Made by a program: the position numbers and the translations under genes. From assembly GCA_003971905.1 (NCBI GenBank), contig RSEE01000086.1, forward strand, positions 124,001-188,000: a DNA stretch of 64,000 nt, written 5' to 3'. Every line of letters starts with the position of its first letter. Position 1 is the first letter of the stretch. Origin of the DNA: Moniliella sp. 'wahieum'. Taxonomy: Eukaryota. The notes under the pieces were generated by a model. The model made no database searches. It saw nothing but the letters and a program-made list of their open reading frames with translations, and was not told the DNA's origin. Positions 1-11,557 of the stretch are shown here, piece after piece.

Positions 1-28
1 CTGCCCCCCCCCCCCCACCCACCCCGCC

Positions 29-1935
29 ATGACGTCGCCCGGAAACTACCACGGCGAGCTGCCCACCCACAACCCCGAGTACAAGCTGCTCGGCCAGAAG
101 CTGTCCCTCGTCTCGGAGGCCGGCGTGGACCTGAACCGCGTCGCCATCAAGCGCAATGCCGCCATCGCCATCCTGTACGAAGAGGCTGTGCGCAAGGAGG
201 GTGCTGTTATTGCCCGCTCCGGCGCCTTGATCAACTACTCGGGCAAGAAGATGGGCCGCTCGCCCAAGGACAAGCGCATCGTCTACGAAGAGACGTCCAA
301 GGACGATGTCTGGGTACGTCTTTTTTGTTCTTTCCCTTCCCTTTCCCTTTCCCTTTCCCTTTCTCTTTCCCTTCTTCTTGGCTGTCGTTGCCTGGCCCCT
401 CTTTGCATTGACTTCCCTTGGCTCACACCCTGCTCTCGGCTCTCTCTTTTTCTACACCACAGTGGGGGCCGGTTAACATCAAGATGGACGAGCACACCTT
501 TGAGATCAACCGTGAGCGGGCGATCGACTACCTCAACACACGCAAGGATGTGTATGTGTTTGATGGGTATGCTGGCTGGGACCCCAAGTACCGGATCAAG
601 GTGCGGGTCATCTGTGCGCGAGCGTACCATGCGCTGTTTATGCACAACATGCTCATCCGTCCCACGCGCGAAGAACTGGAGAATTGGGGTGAGCCCGACC
701 TGACCATTTTCAATGCCGGCCAGTTCCCTGCCAACCGGTTCACTGCCGGCATGACCTCCAACCTCGGTTGAGATCAACTTTAAGCGCAAGGAGATGGTCA
801 TCCTGGGTACCGAGTACGCTGCGAGATGAAGAAAGGTGTGTTTACCTACATGCATTACCTGCAGCCCGTCAAGTTTGGCCAGCTTTCGCTCCACTCTTCG
901 TGCAACCAAGGCCCCAAGGGGGATGTGACGCTCTTCTTTGGTCTTTCCGGCACGGGCAAGACGACGCTGTCGGCGGACCCGGCCCGGTTGCTCATCGGAG
1001 ACGACGAGCATGTGTGGTCGGACGGGGGTGTTCAACATTGAGGGAGGCTGCTACGCCAAGTGCATTGATCTCAGCGCTGAAAAGGAGCCCGAGATTTACA
1101 ATGCGATCCGGTTTGGCTCGATTCTGGAGAATGTGGTGTTTTCCCGCTTGGGGCGGCAAGAGCTGTACGACGATGCGAGTTTGACGGAGAACACACGGTG
1201 CGCCTATCCCATTGAGTACATCCCCAATGCCAAGATCCCGTGCATCGCCGACGCACCGCCGAGCAACATTGTGATGCTCACCTGCGATGCATACGGTGTT
1301 CTCCCGCCCGTGTCCAAGCTGACCACCGAACAGGCCCAGTACCACTTTATCGCGGCTACACGTCCAAGACGCCCGGTACCGAGGATGGCGTGGCAGAACC
1401 GCTGCCGACCTTCTCCACGTGCTACGGACAGCCGTTCATTGTGCTCCACCCGGGCCGGTACGCAGCCATGCTGGCGGAGCGCATGGCCAAGTACAACGTG
1501 GACTGCTGGTTGGTCAACACGGGTTGGACGGGGGGCAAGTTTGGGGTGGGCAAGCGGTGCCCGCTCAAGTACACGCGTGCTATCATTGATGCCATTCATG
1601 ATGGCACGCTGGCCCAGGCCGAGTACGAGACGTTGCCCGTGTTTAGTCTGCAGGTGCCCAAGGCGGTCAAGGGGGTACCGTCGGTGCTGCTCAACCCGCG
1701 CAACGTCTGGCCGGACAAGTGGGAGTTTGACTTGGAAGTGAATGCGCTGGCTCGCAAGTTCAACAAGGCGTTTGGCAAGTACGCTGCCGATGTCCATGAA
1801 ACGGTGGCTGCCGCAGGGCCTAGGACGCAGTTTGTCCGCCCCAAGTGGCTCACTGCAACCAATGTGCTTTCGGCAGTGGGCTTGCTGGCCATTGGCGGCG
1901 CGGCCTGGCACCGTTTCAGGCAAGCAAACAACTGA
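29..1935 (+). CDS. PCK1: Phosphoenolpyruvate carboxykinase (ATP), 1 intron (314-462), ~4 apparent frameshifts
   Basis: GRSPKDK, WWGPVN (across GTACGT..CAG intron), P-loop GLSGTGKT, signature [35 protein letters not shown] found in successive frames. Confidence 0.96.
330..372. repeat. (TTTCCC)n pyrimidine microsatellite in PCK1 intron
   Basis: Direct reading of tandem tttccc units. Confidence 0.8.
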
Positions 1936-2721
1936 GCCACCGAGGCTGGCCGCCTAGAGGCTCCCGATGACCTTCCTCTATCGGTCGTCGAAGGAGGCTG
2001 CCCACCGCGCCACGGATGGCTCAAGTAGGGGGGACATGGCTGTGTTTTGGGTTTTGGGGCGGGCGAAAAGATCTCTCCTGCTCGCTGTGCAGCTGTACTG
2101 TTCCAATCCATGTTCGGTCCACATGCATCACTGCCCCCTCGTTGGTTATACTTTTTAGCGCCATGGAGAGACGCCCGACAGCAGTGCGACGTAGTATATG
2201 TACCGCTGCCCCAGTGTCACCAGCCTGTGCGCCGCCCAGCTCGAGACGGCGGGAGCGCGTGCGCAGGCGGCAGCACAAAGAGAGGGAGCGGCGGCGATTG
2301 CTGAGCAGCACACATACACCAACATACACCCAGACGCAATGGGGAGATGCGGTGGCGTTGGAGAGAAGCGTAGCTTTGTTGGACAACGGCCAGCGTGGAA
2401 CAGCAGGCACAGCAGCGCAGTTTTGTACTGCCCCAGCCCCACCGACCGCACACACACTGGCCCCGTGCGTGGCGCGGCAGCTGCACTGCCCCTGGCACCC
2501 CACCCTCCACCGCCCACGGCGCCAGTCCTCCTATATATCTTCCCTCGTCACTGGCGCCCTGCTGCCTCTTGAGCTCCATGCTCGCTTCAGCCGCCGGAGC
2601 TACGGCACCCACCACTACTTAACATCCTTTTCCGTTGGCTTCCACTGGCTTCCCCCCCCACCAACTCTTTTCCCTCCCCCCCTTCCCCCCTCCCATTCCT
2701 TGGCTCTCCCATACCATCAAG

Positions 2722-3009
2722 ATGCACTGTGCCTACGTTGTTCTGCTGCTCGTTGCGCTCCTGGCCATGCTGGTCCAGGCCGGGGGCGTCGGGCCCGGTG
2801 CCCGGCCGCACCTGCGTCCGCGGGCGTTGGTGGTGGCGCGCACCGTCGCTGCCGAGTCGGCGCGGCAAAAAGAAGAACTGCAGTGCTACCGGGAAGTGCT
2901 GAATGAGATGAACGAGGCGTGGCAGCAGGCTGTCCAGCACGGCTCGTCCCAATCTTTACCCAGTTCTCCCAAGCCACGGAGGCTTGCCCGACCCGCTCAA
3001 TTGCCTTGA
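2722..3009 (+). CDS. Small secreted protein, 95 aa, unknown function
   Basis: ATG 2722 in AAGATG context; MHCAYVVLLLVALLAMLVQA is a typical signal peptide ending VQA; GC-rich codons; TATA-like ctatatat at 2531. Confidence 0.65.
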   Translation: MHCAYVVLLLVALLAMLVQAGGVGPGARPHLRPRALVVARTVAAESARQKEELQCYREVLNEMNEAWQQAVQHGSSQSLPSSPKPRRLARPAQLP

Positions 3010-4076
3010 AGATTGTCCGTATAATTAAAACTGGCACCATGTGGGGCTCCTACCCTTACCCCGTCTTCTTTATATCCAACCCCTTCCCGGTTGGATCAGC
3101 TGCTTTGAGCTGGTGCGGAGATGCCAAGCGCACACCGATGCCTTTTTGTTCCCCTCTCTCTTTGGTCTGGCAACAAACTAGAGTCACCTCTGCCCTTGAT
3201 GGGATTCACCGTTACTTTTCTTTCTTTTCTTCTTTCCTGCCCTCCCCCTCCCACCCTTTTCACGCCACCGTACTTTGTTTGCATTGGGCACGAGCTGCGC
3301 TCGACGTTGCCCCCCCCCCCCCACAACTAGCATCTTTTGACCTAACGGGCATTGCATACCGCATTCATACTTTTTTGTGGTTGGATATATAAGCTGAGGC
3401 TGGTAGCTTGCCAAGGTTCGGACCTTGCTGTGGCCTGGATAGACTACGCACCACCTCCGGGCGCCACACTGCGGCAAGCAAGGAGGAGGGATGCATTTCG
3501 ATTCTACTACTAGCGAGATGCGGTGGCGAAGCGAAGCGTGCGATGCATCTCGGATCTCAGCTCTCGATCTTTGCCCAGACCAAGTCAAACCGGTGACCGG
3601 TGAACGGTGAACTCAACGTCGAGCAGACTAAGAAGTGGCGGCGGGGTCGACGACCCAACCAAAACTGAACTGAACTAGTTAGGTTCGCCCCGGTACCCGG
3701 ACAGGCAGGATGGGATATAGAGGGAGTATATACCACAGAGCAGAGGAGCGGACAAAGAGTGGATCAGTGGGACAAGTAGTGGGGGGGCGGAGAAAGGTGT
3801 CCAAGGAACGGGAGGAGATAAACGGTTGAGAGTTGAGATCAACGTTCAGATCTCAGACGAGTCTGTACAGCGCTGGAGCGAAGGAGGGGGGGGAAGCACC
3901 GTCTGGGGAAGGATCAATGTTCTGTGTTCTGTGCTCGTGGGAGAGAGAAAGAAGGCGAAAAGGGAAGGGGATAAAGGGGAAAGGGGAAAGGGGACCGTTG
4001 GCCAAAAGGATCCAAACACCCAGACACCCAAAAACCTAAAGGGGCAGATACATCAACCTTGCCGCCAATAAGCCAT

Positions 4077-5195
4077 CTAGGCCTTGTACAGCTTGAACGC
4101 GACCAAGCCAGCCAGGGCGATGCTGTAGCCAAACATCTGCGTTCCCGTCACGACCGAGTTGAGGATGACCATGGAGCCAACGATGAGCAAGATGTCCTTC
4201 ACCACGCCGGCCAAGGTGAGCACCAAGGACGATGCTGCGCCAATGAGGAAGACCAGGGCAAAGTTGAGTGCAAAGGCGCACGACGCATTGCTGAGGAGGA
4301 CCATGGCGCCCACTTGGCCCAAGTGAGCAAAGGGTGCCCAACCTTCGACAAAGGGCAAGACGATCACCAGCATCCCGGCACAGACAGGCGCAAAGTAGTA
4401 CACCGACACGAGCGGGTCCATCTTGAGTCCTTGCAGCAGCACCTGGATCATGACCAGACGCGTCGACTCAAATAGGATAGCGATGGCCTGGAGGATGAAT
4501 CCAAACAGGTCGAACTTGGCCTCGCCATAGGACGCGATCGCGACGCCACACGAGATGCCAAATACGATCCCGAGCTGCGTCACGTTGGCCGCCTTGAGAC
4601 CAAACGCGATGGACATGAGCAGGACCGCGACCGGAGTGAAGGCCTTGACCATCTGGATGTAGGACACGCTCAAGTACAGGTAGGCGTAGTTGCTAAAGAT
4701 GAGCGAGGCGGCAAACAACGCGCCAATGGGGAGGATGTTGCGGATCCAGCGCTCGCGCGTCATCTCGACATTGTTCAGGCCATCCATAAGGTGGGTGAAG
4801 CGAGCGAGAAGGCGAGTGCCGAGCGCGGCAAATGCCATGTGGAACGCGGTGAGGAAAATGGGGTAGCCAAAGTTGAGGCCGTCCTTCTTGAGGATGTATC
4901 TGCGGGTCAAGAGCAAGAGGGAGTGGCCAGACGGAGGTCAAGGTTAATGGACGCAGAACGATCGGGCAGCAGAGAAAGCAGAGAAGCAGGGGACATACGC
5001 GTTGTAGATGATCACAGTCATCGACGACCCAATCCAGAAGGAGATGGGGATGATGGGGTGGAGCTTGCGCTCGGGCTTGCGCGGGGTGCCGCCGGGGAGG
5101 GAGTCGGACGTGCTGGGCGGGACGACGGGGGCGGGGGGGGCGGCGGCGGGCTTGGCGCCGTCGATGGGGGCGGCGGTGTATTCCTTGCTGGCCAT
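4077..5195 (-). CDS. Triose-phosphate/nucleotide-sugar transporter family (TPT/SLC35E, Cryptococcus Cas4-like); exons 5195-4999 and 4899-4077
   Basis: Multi-TM protein with FGYPIFLTAFH, SNYAYLYLSVSYIQMVKAFTP, MDPLVSVYYFAP, LTLAGVVKD; intron 4998-4900 (GTATGT..CAG) joins IIYNA-YIL in frame. Confidence 0.92.
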
Positions 5196-5896
5196 GGCGG
5201 AGGCAGGGGAGGCAGGGGGGCAGAGGACGGGCAACGAAGGGCAGGGCTGGCCGGGCGGGGGCGACAGAGCGCTGGCGATGCCGGTGGAGGTGGTGGTGTG
5301 GAGGAAGAGCACAGCCGCCGACGAGGGCGAGCGACAGCGTGGGGATGGAGAGAGCCAACCCTACCGCGGCGGGTTGCAACCCTCGCTCGGAGATGGGACG
5401 GGACGCACTGGGCCAGTGTGTGCGCCGCTGCCTGCTCGCCATCAGTCTTGTCGATTGCTCCCCATTAATGGCCACTAGCCACTGTAGCTGGTCCGCCGCT
5501 CCTCCAGCGAGCCTTGCGCGCACGCGTCCCCAGCGTCACCGGCAGCGACGGCCCTGCGCCCCGCCACGCACCCATGTACTCAAGCTCCATTCGCTTCATC
5601 CCGTGCGGCTGGGATCGACAAAAGGCATCGCTTCGGGTCGCTCCCGCCAGGCGCGCTTTTGTTGGCTCCGCTGACACACTGACCCCCCCGCTGTGGTGCC
5701 AGCCAACGCAAGAAACAAAACCCAGATTCTGCGTCTGTCCACGTCAGCGCCGTCGTCAGCATCGTCCATACTTGTGTCTAACCCGCCCCACGGCCTCGGC
5801 AGCCATCGGGGCACGCCCATCACTAGTCACTGGCTACTGGCTATCCCCTGCACCGGCTCATCACACGTAATTCAAGATGGATTAACAAGGCGGGGC

Positions 5897-8758
5897 CTAC
5901 GCCCGTTTGAACAGATTCTTCAACTTGGCAGGCTTTTCCTTTTCCCTCTCCACGCGGCCCATGGCCGACGTGGTGTAGGAACCGCCCGGTGCGGACGGCA
6001 GCGCGTCGGGCGCCGAGGCCATCATGCTCTGGCGTTGCATCAGGATGCGTTGGTGTTGCGGCATGGTATGGGTGGAAGGCAGCGGCTTGGCCGCCACTCT
6101 TTTCCCAGTCGCTTCTTGACCAGGTCGGGCACATGCTTCGCCACCTTGTCTGGCACATGCGGCAGCTGCTTTTCTCCGTGGTAGGCACGCACCCGAGGGT
6201 CGTTCCGGTCGGGCCGGCGTGGATCTTTGGGGTCGACATGCGTCCATCCATCTCGCACGTTCGGTTTGGCTCCGGTACGTGGGTCAGGGCGCGCCAGACG
6301 ATTGGGTACGTCTACCCGCCGTGCAGGGCCTTCCTTGGCACGTTGGGCAGCGGGACTGAGAGGGTTGCGAGGCGGGGTAATGGCGTTCGCATCCCAGGCT
6401 GCATTCGCCTGGCTCCCATGGGCTGGGTACTGCCCGGAGCCAAGGTATGCGCCAAGGTGCTCATCTGTTCTACAAACTCCTTGGGCGTCCAAACCGAATC
6501 GGAGCCAAGGTAAATGTCCCGCTGGTACTGGTCTCCCATCTGGTACACGGCGCGCATCTCGGAATACGTCATGCCACCCACCACATACACCAACAATCGT
6601 TGGCGTGTACTGGCCCCGTTGCCCGTACCCGAGCGCAAAGGGTAGGACTGGGCGTTGTCAGCGACGAGCCGGTGAGCGAACCCTGGCGGCGGGAACTGGG
6701 ACGGCTGCTGTTGGCCCAGGTGGGTCGTTGGCTGCGCAGCGACGTGGCTTGGCCCGGTTGCGGGGAGGAACCATTGGCGAGGGGGCGTTTGGTCAGCGCA
6801 CCCAACGCCCCGCTCGCGGCGGAGCCCGAAGCATTGTCCCCATGCCCCTCGAGGTAAGGAAAGGTGGCCGTGTCAAGCTTGTGGGAAACAAGGTCCTTGA
6901 TGAGATACTGCACCAGCGGCTTGAACCGCGCCGTATCGTACTCGCCTGCCACATACTCTTGGTCCCGTTTCCACCCGCCCGAGGCAGACTTACCCAGGAA
7001 CTGGTTGAACTTGGCCAGCGCGCGCTCGGCCGAGCCCGAAGACTGTTTGACCACGCGAGCGCCGAGATAGGTGAGGTTGTTGACCGCTTCCATCTCGGTC
7101 GGACCGAGGTGGGCGTGCTGGTACAACCGTTTGCGGTCTTCGTCAACTACTCCCGAATCGCTCTAAGAATGTAGAGAGCAATGATACGCGCCTTGTCCAT
7201 AGGGGAGATGGCCTGGTCGTCCAGCAGCGACACCATATCAAGCACAATGTCCTTCGGCTTGGTTCCATCCGGACCCAATTTCGTCGCGCACGACTGTTCG
7301 ATCTGCGATTGCTGGGCCAGACGGCTGGACTGGAAAATGTCCATGCACTTCTGGGCCATGGTGAGGTGGAGACTGAGTCGTTCCTTGGTCTCTTGCATGT
7401 GCGGTAAGTTGGCCAACATGTCCCGCATGTCATTCAAGCTCTTGCCCGTCTGGTACTTGTCCGCCTTGCCCGCATGCTCTTCAAATTCAGACGACAACTT
7501 TTGGGACGCGAGGGCAATGTGCAAATGACGAATGCTTGTCCAGACGAAATCTTCATCGGTCACTCGGCGTCCTTGTCCTCTTCGAGGCCCGTGGCATTTT
7601 TGAACTGGTAGTGGTAATATCGACCTTGTTGAATCGGAAGCAAATCGTTGGCCATGGCCTGGTACGTAAACTCATGCACCAACGGCGCCCGCACATCCAT
7701 CGTCCGATCCGTTATGAACAGCACCCCCTCGCCCGACCCGAATCCAGTTTCGGCTCATTTTCTTCCACATACTTGTCCAGCGTACGCGCCACACTTTCCG
7801 CCAGCAGCTGGGTAAAGTGCGGGAACTGCGGCGGCGGCACCTCACCCGCAGCCGGCGGGATTTCGCCCCGGAACCTACTGATTCCATTGCGCAGCGAGAC
7901 CGAGTGGCGCTGGTCGGGCAGCGCGCCAGGGGGGGGGCCAAGGGACCCAAGGTGGGTGGTGGGGAGCGTAGTAGCGGATCAGAGGGAACTCGTTGAGCAG
8001 GACACAGGTATTGACAATCGTCTTTGTTGCGCGGGCAACCTCGTCTTGGACCAGTTTTTGGGCCCAGTCGGATTCCTGGTTGTTGAGGTTGAGCGAGGGT
8101 TGGAAGAGGGTGTGGAACGCTTGGGGTCGTTGGCCAGTGAACACCTGGCCTTCCAAGGCTAGAGAAAGAAAGGGCGTCAGGTTGGGCGCGAGCGCGTAAG
8201 CACATGGAAGGGGGGACGTACGCCACACATCCATAAATAGTTCGACTAGGCCGCGTAGTCGAGGGCCTGCGGCCGAGGTGGCCAGCTGGTTGACAACAGT
8301 TTGGGGAACAGCTGGAAAATGACGAAGCGAAGAGGTTAGAGCTGCTGTTCTGGACACAGGCGGTGCGTGTATGTGTGGGGGGACGCACCATCGACAAAGA
8401 AGATGTGGCCGCCAGCGTAGATCTGGGGTCCGCCGAGATGGGAAAGGTCTTCAATGATGCGGCGCACGTTGACATCAGAGGCAGTGACGAGGTAGCATGC
8501 GTCAATTCAGTGTTGGGCTCGCGGTTATGCTCGATGAGCTCGATGGCCATGACATTTTCGTGGAGCAGGTCGATGATCTTCATGCAGTTTCGATGAGCGG
8601 GTGGGTGCGGGCGTCGAGGACGAGTGTCTTCCATTTGTTTGGCGGCCGGACGGAGCGGACGGCGTCGAGGATGCCTGGGGGGGGGGGGTTAGGTGGGGCA
8701 GGCAGGCGGGGGGGCATAGACATACGGGTTTGCTGCAGCTGGAGCGGCTGGCAGGCAT
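5897..8758 (-). CDS. SEC1: Sec1/Munc18 (SM) family exocytosis protein, with introns and frameshifts
   Basis: [85 protein letters not shown]; basic C-terminus KLKNLFKRA*. Confidence 0.93.
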
Positions 8759-8946
8759 GGTGGGGATGGGGTGGAGGTGGTGGGGATGGGGGTGGGGTGG
8801 ATGGTGTGGGGGGGGATGGGGATGGCGGTGGCGGTGGCGGGGGAAGATGGGGATGGGGACGGCAAGCACCCAAGTGGACTCAGCCAGACAGGCTGCTTGT
8901 CCGCGGAGCGCCACTGCGTGCGCAGCCCCCGGTGATGTCATCGGCG

Positions 8947-9094
8947 CAACGTTGAGGGATGTTCAACTGAACGTTCAACTGCCTGCGCTGCTGAGCTCAG
9001 CCTCAGCCCAGATTCGCTTCCCATGTTTCCGCCACGTGACCCCGCCCCCGTTCGGTGCAAGCCGCCCATGCCATCCGCGCCAATTGAACGTTCA
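8947..9094. promoter_or_regulatory. Divergent SEC1/TAF6 promoter with two TGAACGTTCA palindromes
   Basis: Start codons ~380 bp apart head to head; TGAACGTTCA at 8968-8977 and 9085-9094. Confidence 0.5.
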
Positions 9095-9140
9095 GCGCTC
9101 AGCCCACCTCCTCCCCGACCCCACCTCCCCCCATCCCCCC

Positions 9141-11182
9141 ATGGCGCCGTCGAAGAGCAGCCGCGCCGCCGACGCCGCGCTCCCGCTCCATCGCCCCACC
9201 TCCCTCATGGCCGCCGCCGCCGCGCCGGGCGCCCCGCCCGGCCTCGCCAGCGGCGTGTTCAGCTACGCCGCCAACGGCGCCGCCGGCGCGCCTCCCCCCG
9301 CCGTGTACCCCAAGGACAGTGTCCGCGACGGCCGATGCGCTCGGCCTCAGCGGCGTGCGCGACCAGGTGCTGGGCGCGCTGGCGAGCGACGTCGAGTACC
9401 GTCTGCGCGACGTGCTCCAGGATGCGGCCAAGTACATGCGCCACGCCAAGCGCGCCCAGCTGCGCACGAGCGACATTGACATGGCGCTGCGCGCCAAGAA
9501 TGTCGAGCCGCTCTACGGCTACTTTCCTGCCACCTCGGCCGCTCCAACGCGACCGCCGCCATGCGTGCGCTGCCTTCCGCAAAATCCCGCACCCTTCTGG
9601 CCCGCTCTACTACCTCGAGGACGAGGAGATCGACTTTGATGACATTCTCCAGGCGGGCCCCGTGCTTGCGCTGGGCAAGGGCGTCGGATGGGCGTCGCAC
9701 TGGCTCGCCATCGAGGGCGTCCAACCGGCTGTCCCGCAAAACCCCAGTCCAGCCGAGCTCGGCCTCGCCCCGGCCCACACCGCACGAGGCAGCCGCCGAC
9801 GCGCGGCGTCCCACCCCAGCCCCGCCGTCGTGCCTGCCTCGATCAATGGCGCGCTGCCGGCCGGGGCAAGGAGACTGTCCAGGTGCGGCCGTTGGTCAAG
9901 CACGTCCTCTCCCGCGAACTGCAACTGTACTTTGAGCGTCTCACCCAGGCCATCACCGACCCCCCCACCTCGGCCGAGGACACGGCCCCGACCACGACCA
10001 CGGCCCCCGACGCGGCGGCCCGCCGCCGCCCAGCGCTGCCCCGGGAAGAAGATGCCGCCCACGCGCTCCCTCCGCGTCGGATGCGCAGCCGGAATCGCTG
10101 GAGCGGATTGCGCAGAGCGGCAGTGGGAACGTGGTGCGCGACGCGGCGCTTGCCAGTTTACGGGGCGACCCGGGCCTGCACCAACTGGTCCCCTACCTCG
10201 TCCAATGGGTCGGGGAGAAGATCAGTTTTGGATGCTGGATGTGGTCTTGTTGGAGCACTTGATGCTCGTGGTTCATGCCCTTCTCATCAATCCGCACATT
10301 TTCATCGAGCCCTACCTGCACCACTGATGCCGTCAGTGTTGAGTGTCCTCCTCACTGCCTCGATGGGGCAAGAAGCTTCCATTGGGACTGGGTACAGTGT
10401 TCGTGCCCATACCGCCCTCCTTGTGGCCCACATTGCCCTCATTACGGCAGGAGTTACCCTCTCTGCGCCCTCGGATCGTAGCCACGCTTCTCAAGGCGCT
10501 CTTGGCCGGTACAGAAGAAGGCGAGGACAAGTCGGATCTCCAGCGTACGGGCGCCGACGCATGGCCGCCTCGGAAGCGGCCAAGACCGCCCCCTGCCTGC
10601 CCTGTACCAACTGGGCGCGTTGCTCGGGCTGCGGTGTCTGGGCAGTGGGACGGTGCAGACGTTCCTGGGGTCCTGGCGGCGTCGACGGACACGAAGATGC
10701 GCACAGTGCACTGTACCGCCTCGGCTTGTTTATGGACCGCTTAGCCCAGAGCGACCCCGAGGCGGCTGCCTGGCTCAGTCGCGAGACTCGCTTGGCTGTC
10801 CATCTCGCCGCTCCGCCCGTTGGCCTCGCACCGTCCCAAGAAGAGGCACAAGCGGGCATGCTTCGCGTTGCCGGTCCCTTTTGGACCCACCAGTTCCTCG
10901 CTGACCCCCGTTGCTCGTCACGCTCTCCTCGCCGCAGCGGCCGAACAGGAGAAGCTACCCTCCTCGGGTTCGCCGCCGCGCAGCATCACCTCCCGCTGCT
11001 TCACCAGAGCACAAACCTAATCCCGACCCTTCCGTTGCGGCTACCGCGCCAGAGGGAGACGGAGAGGGAGATACGTCGATGGCGGAAGCGACTGCGTTGG
11101 ACGCAGCTGCGACGGCGGCTCCTGACGCGACGGGACACCAAGCCGAAGTGGCCGAGACGTCGGCGGCGCCAGCGACGCCTAG
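9141..11182 (+). CDS. TAF6: TFIID/SAGA subunit TAF6 (3' end approximate)
   Basis: Histone fold LASDVEYRLRDVLQDAAKYMRHAKR..DIDMALRAKNVEPLYG; HWLAIEGVQPAVPQNP; VKHVLSRELQLYF; NPHIFIEPYLH. Confidence 0.93.
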
Positions 11183-11557
11183 GCGCTGGCACTCGTTTGT
11201 AATGTGGTCATGTCAAATGTACAGTTGTTGGGCTCCCATCCCGCGCGGTACGAACCGGCGAAGCAAGGGAGGCAAGGATGTTTATAGGTTATAGAGTCTG
11301 GTCGTTTCGGAGCAAACCCTGTGGCTCGAACAAGCTAATTAGTGTGCGGTCGCTGCCTCACAAGCAAGGACGGACCCCCGGGGGTACCGGTTACATTCCA
11401 TTTTGAAGCGAGACGCGCAGCAGGAGGGGAAAAAGCAAACAAGAGTCAGAGCGAAGAGATAGCTAGGAGAACCAGAACCCTCCTTGCCACCTTTTCTCTT
11501 CCTCGCCCAGGTCGGCACTAGGACGCGGGGAGGCGGTCGAACATCAGGGGCTTGATA

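Noticed and set aside
5989..7174. Long plus-strand ORFs opposite SEC1 (and similar shadow ORFs elsewhere)
   Set aside because: GC-rich antisense shadows with no independent motifs.
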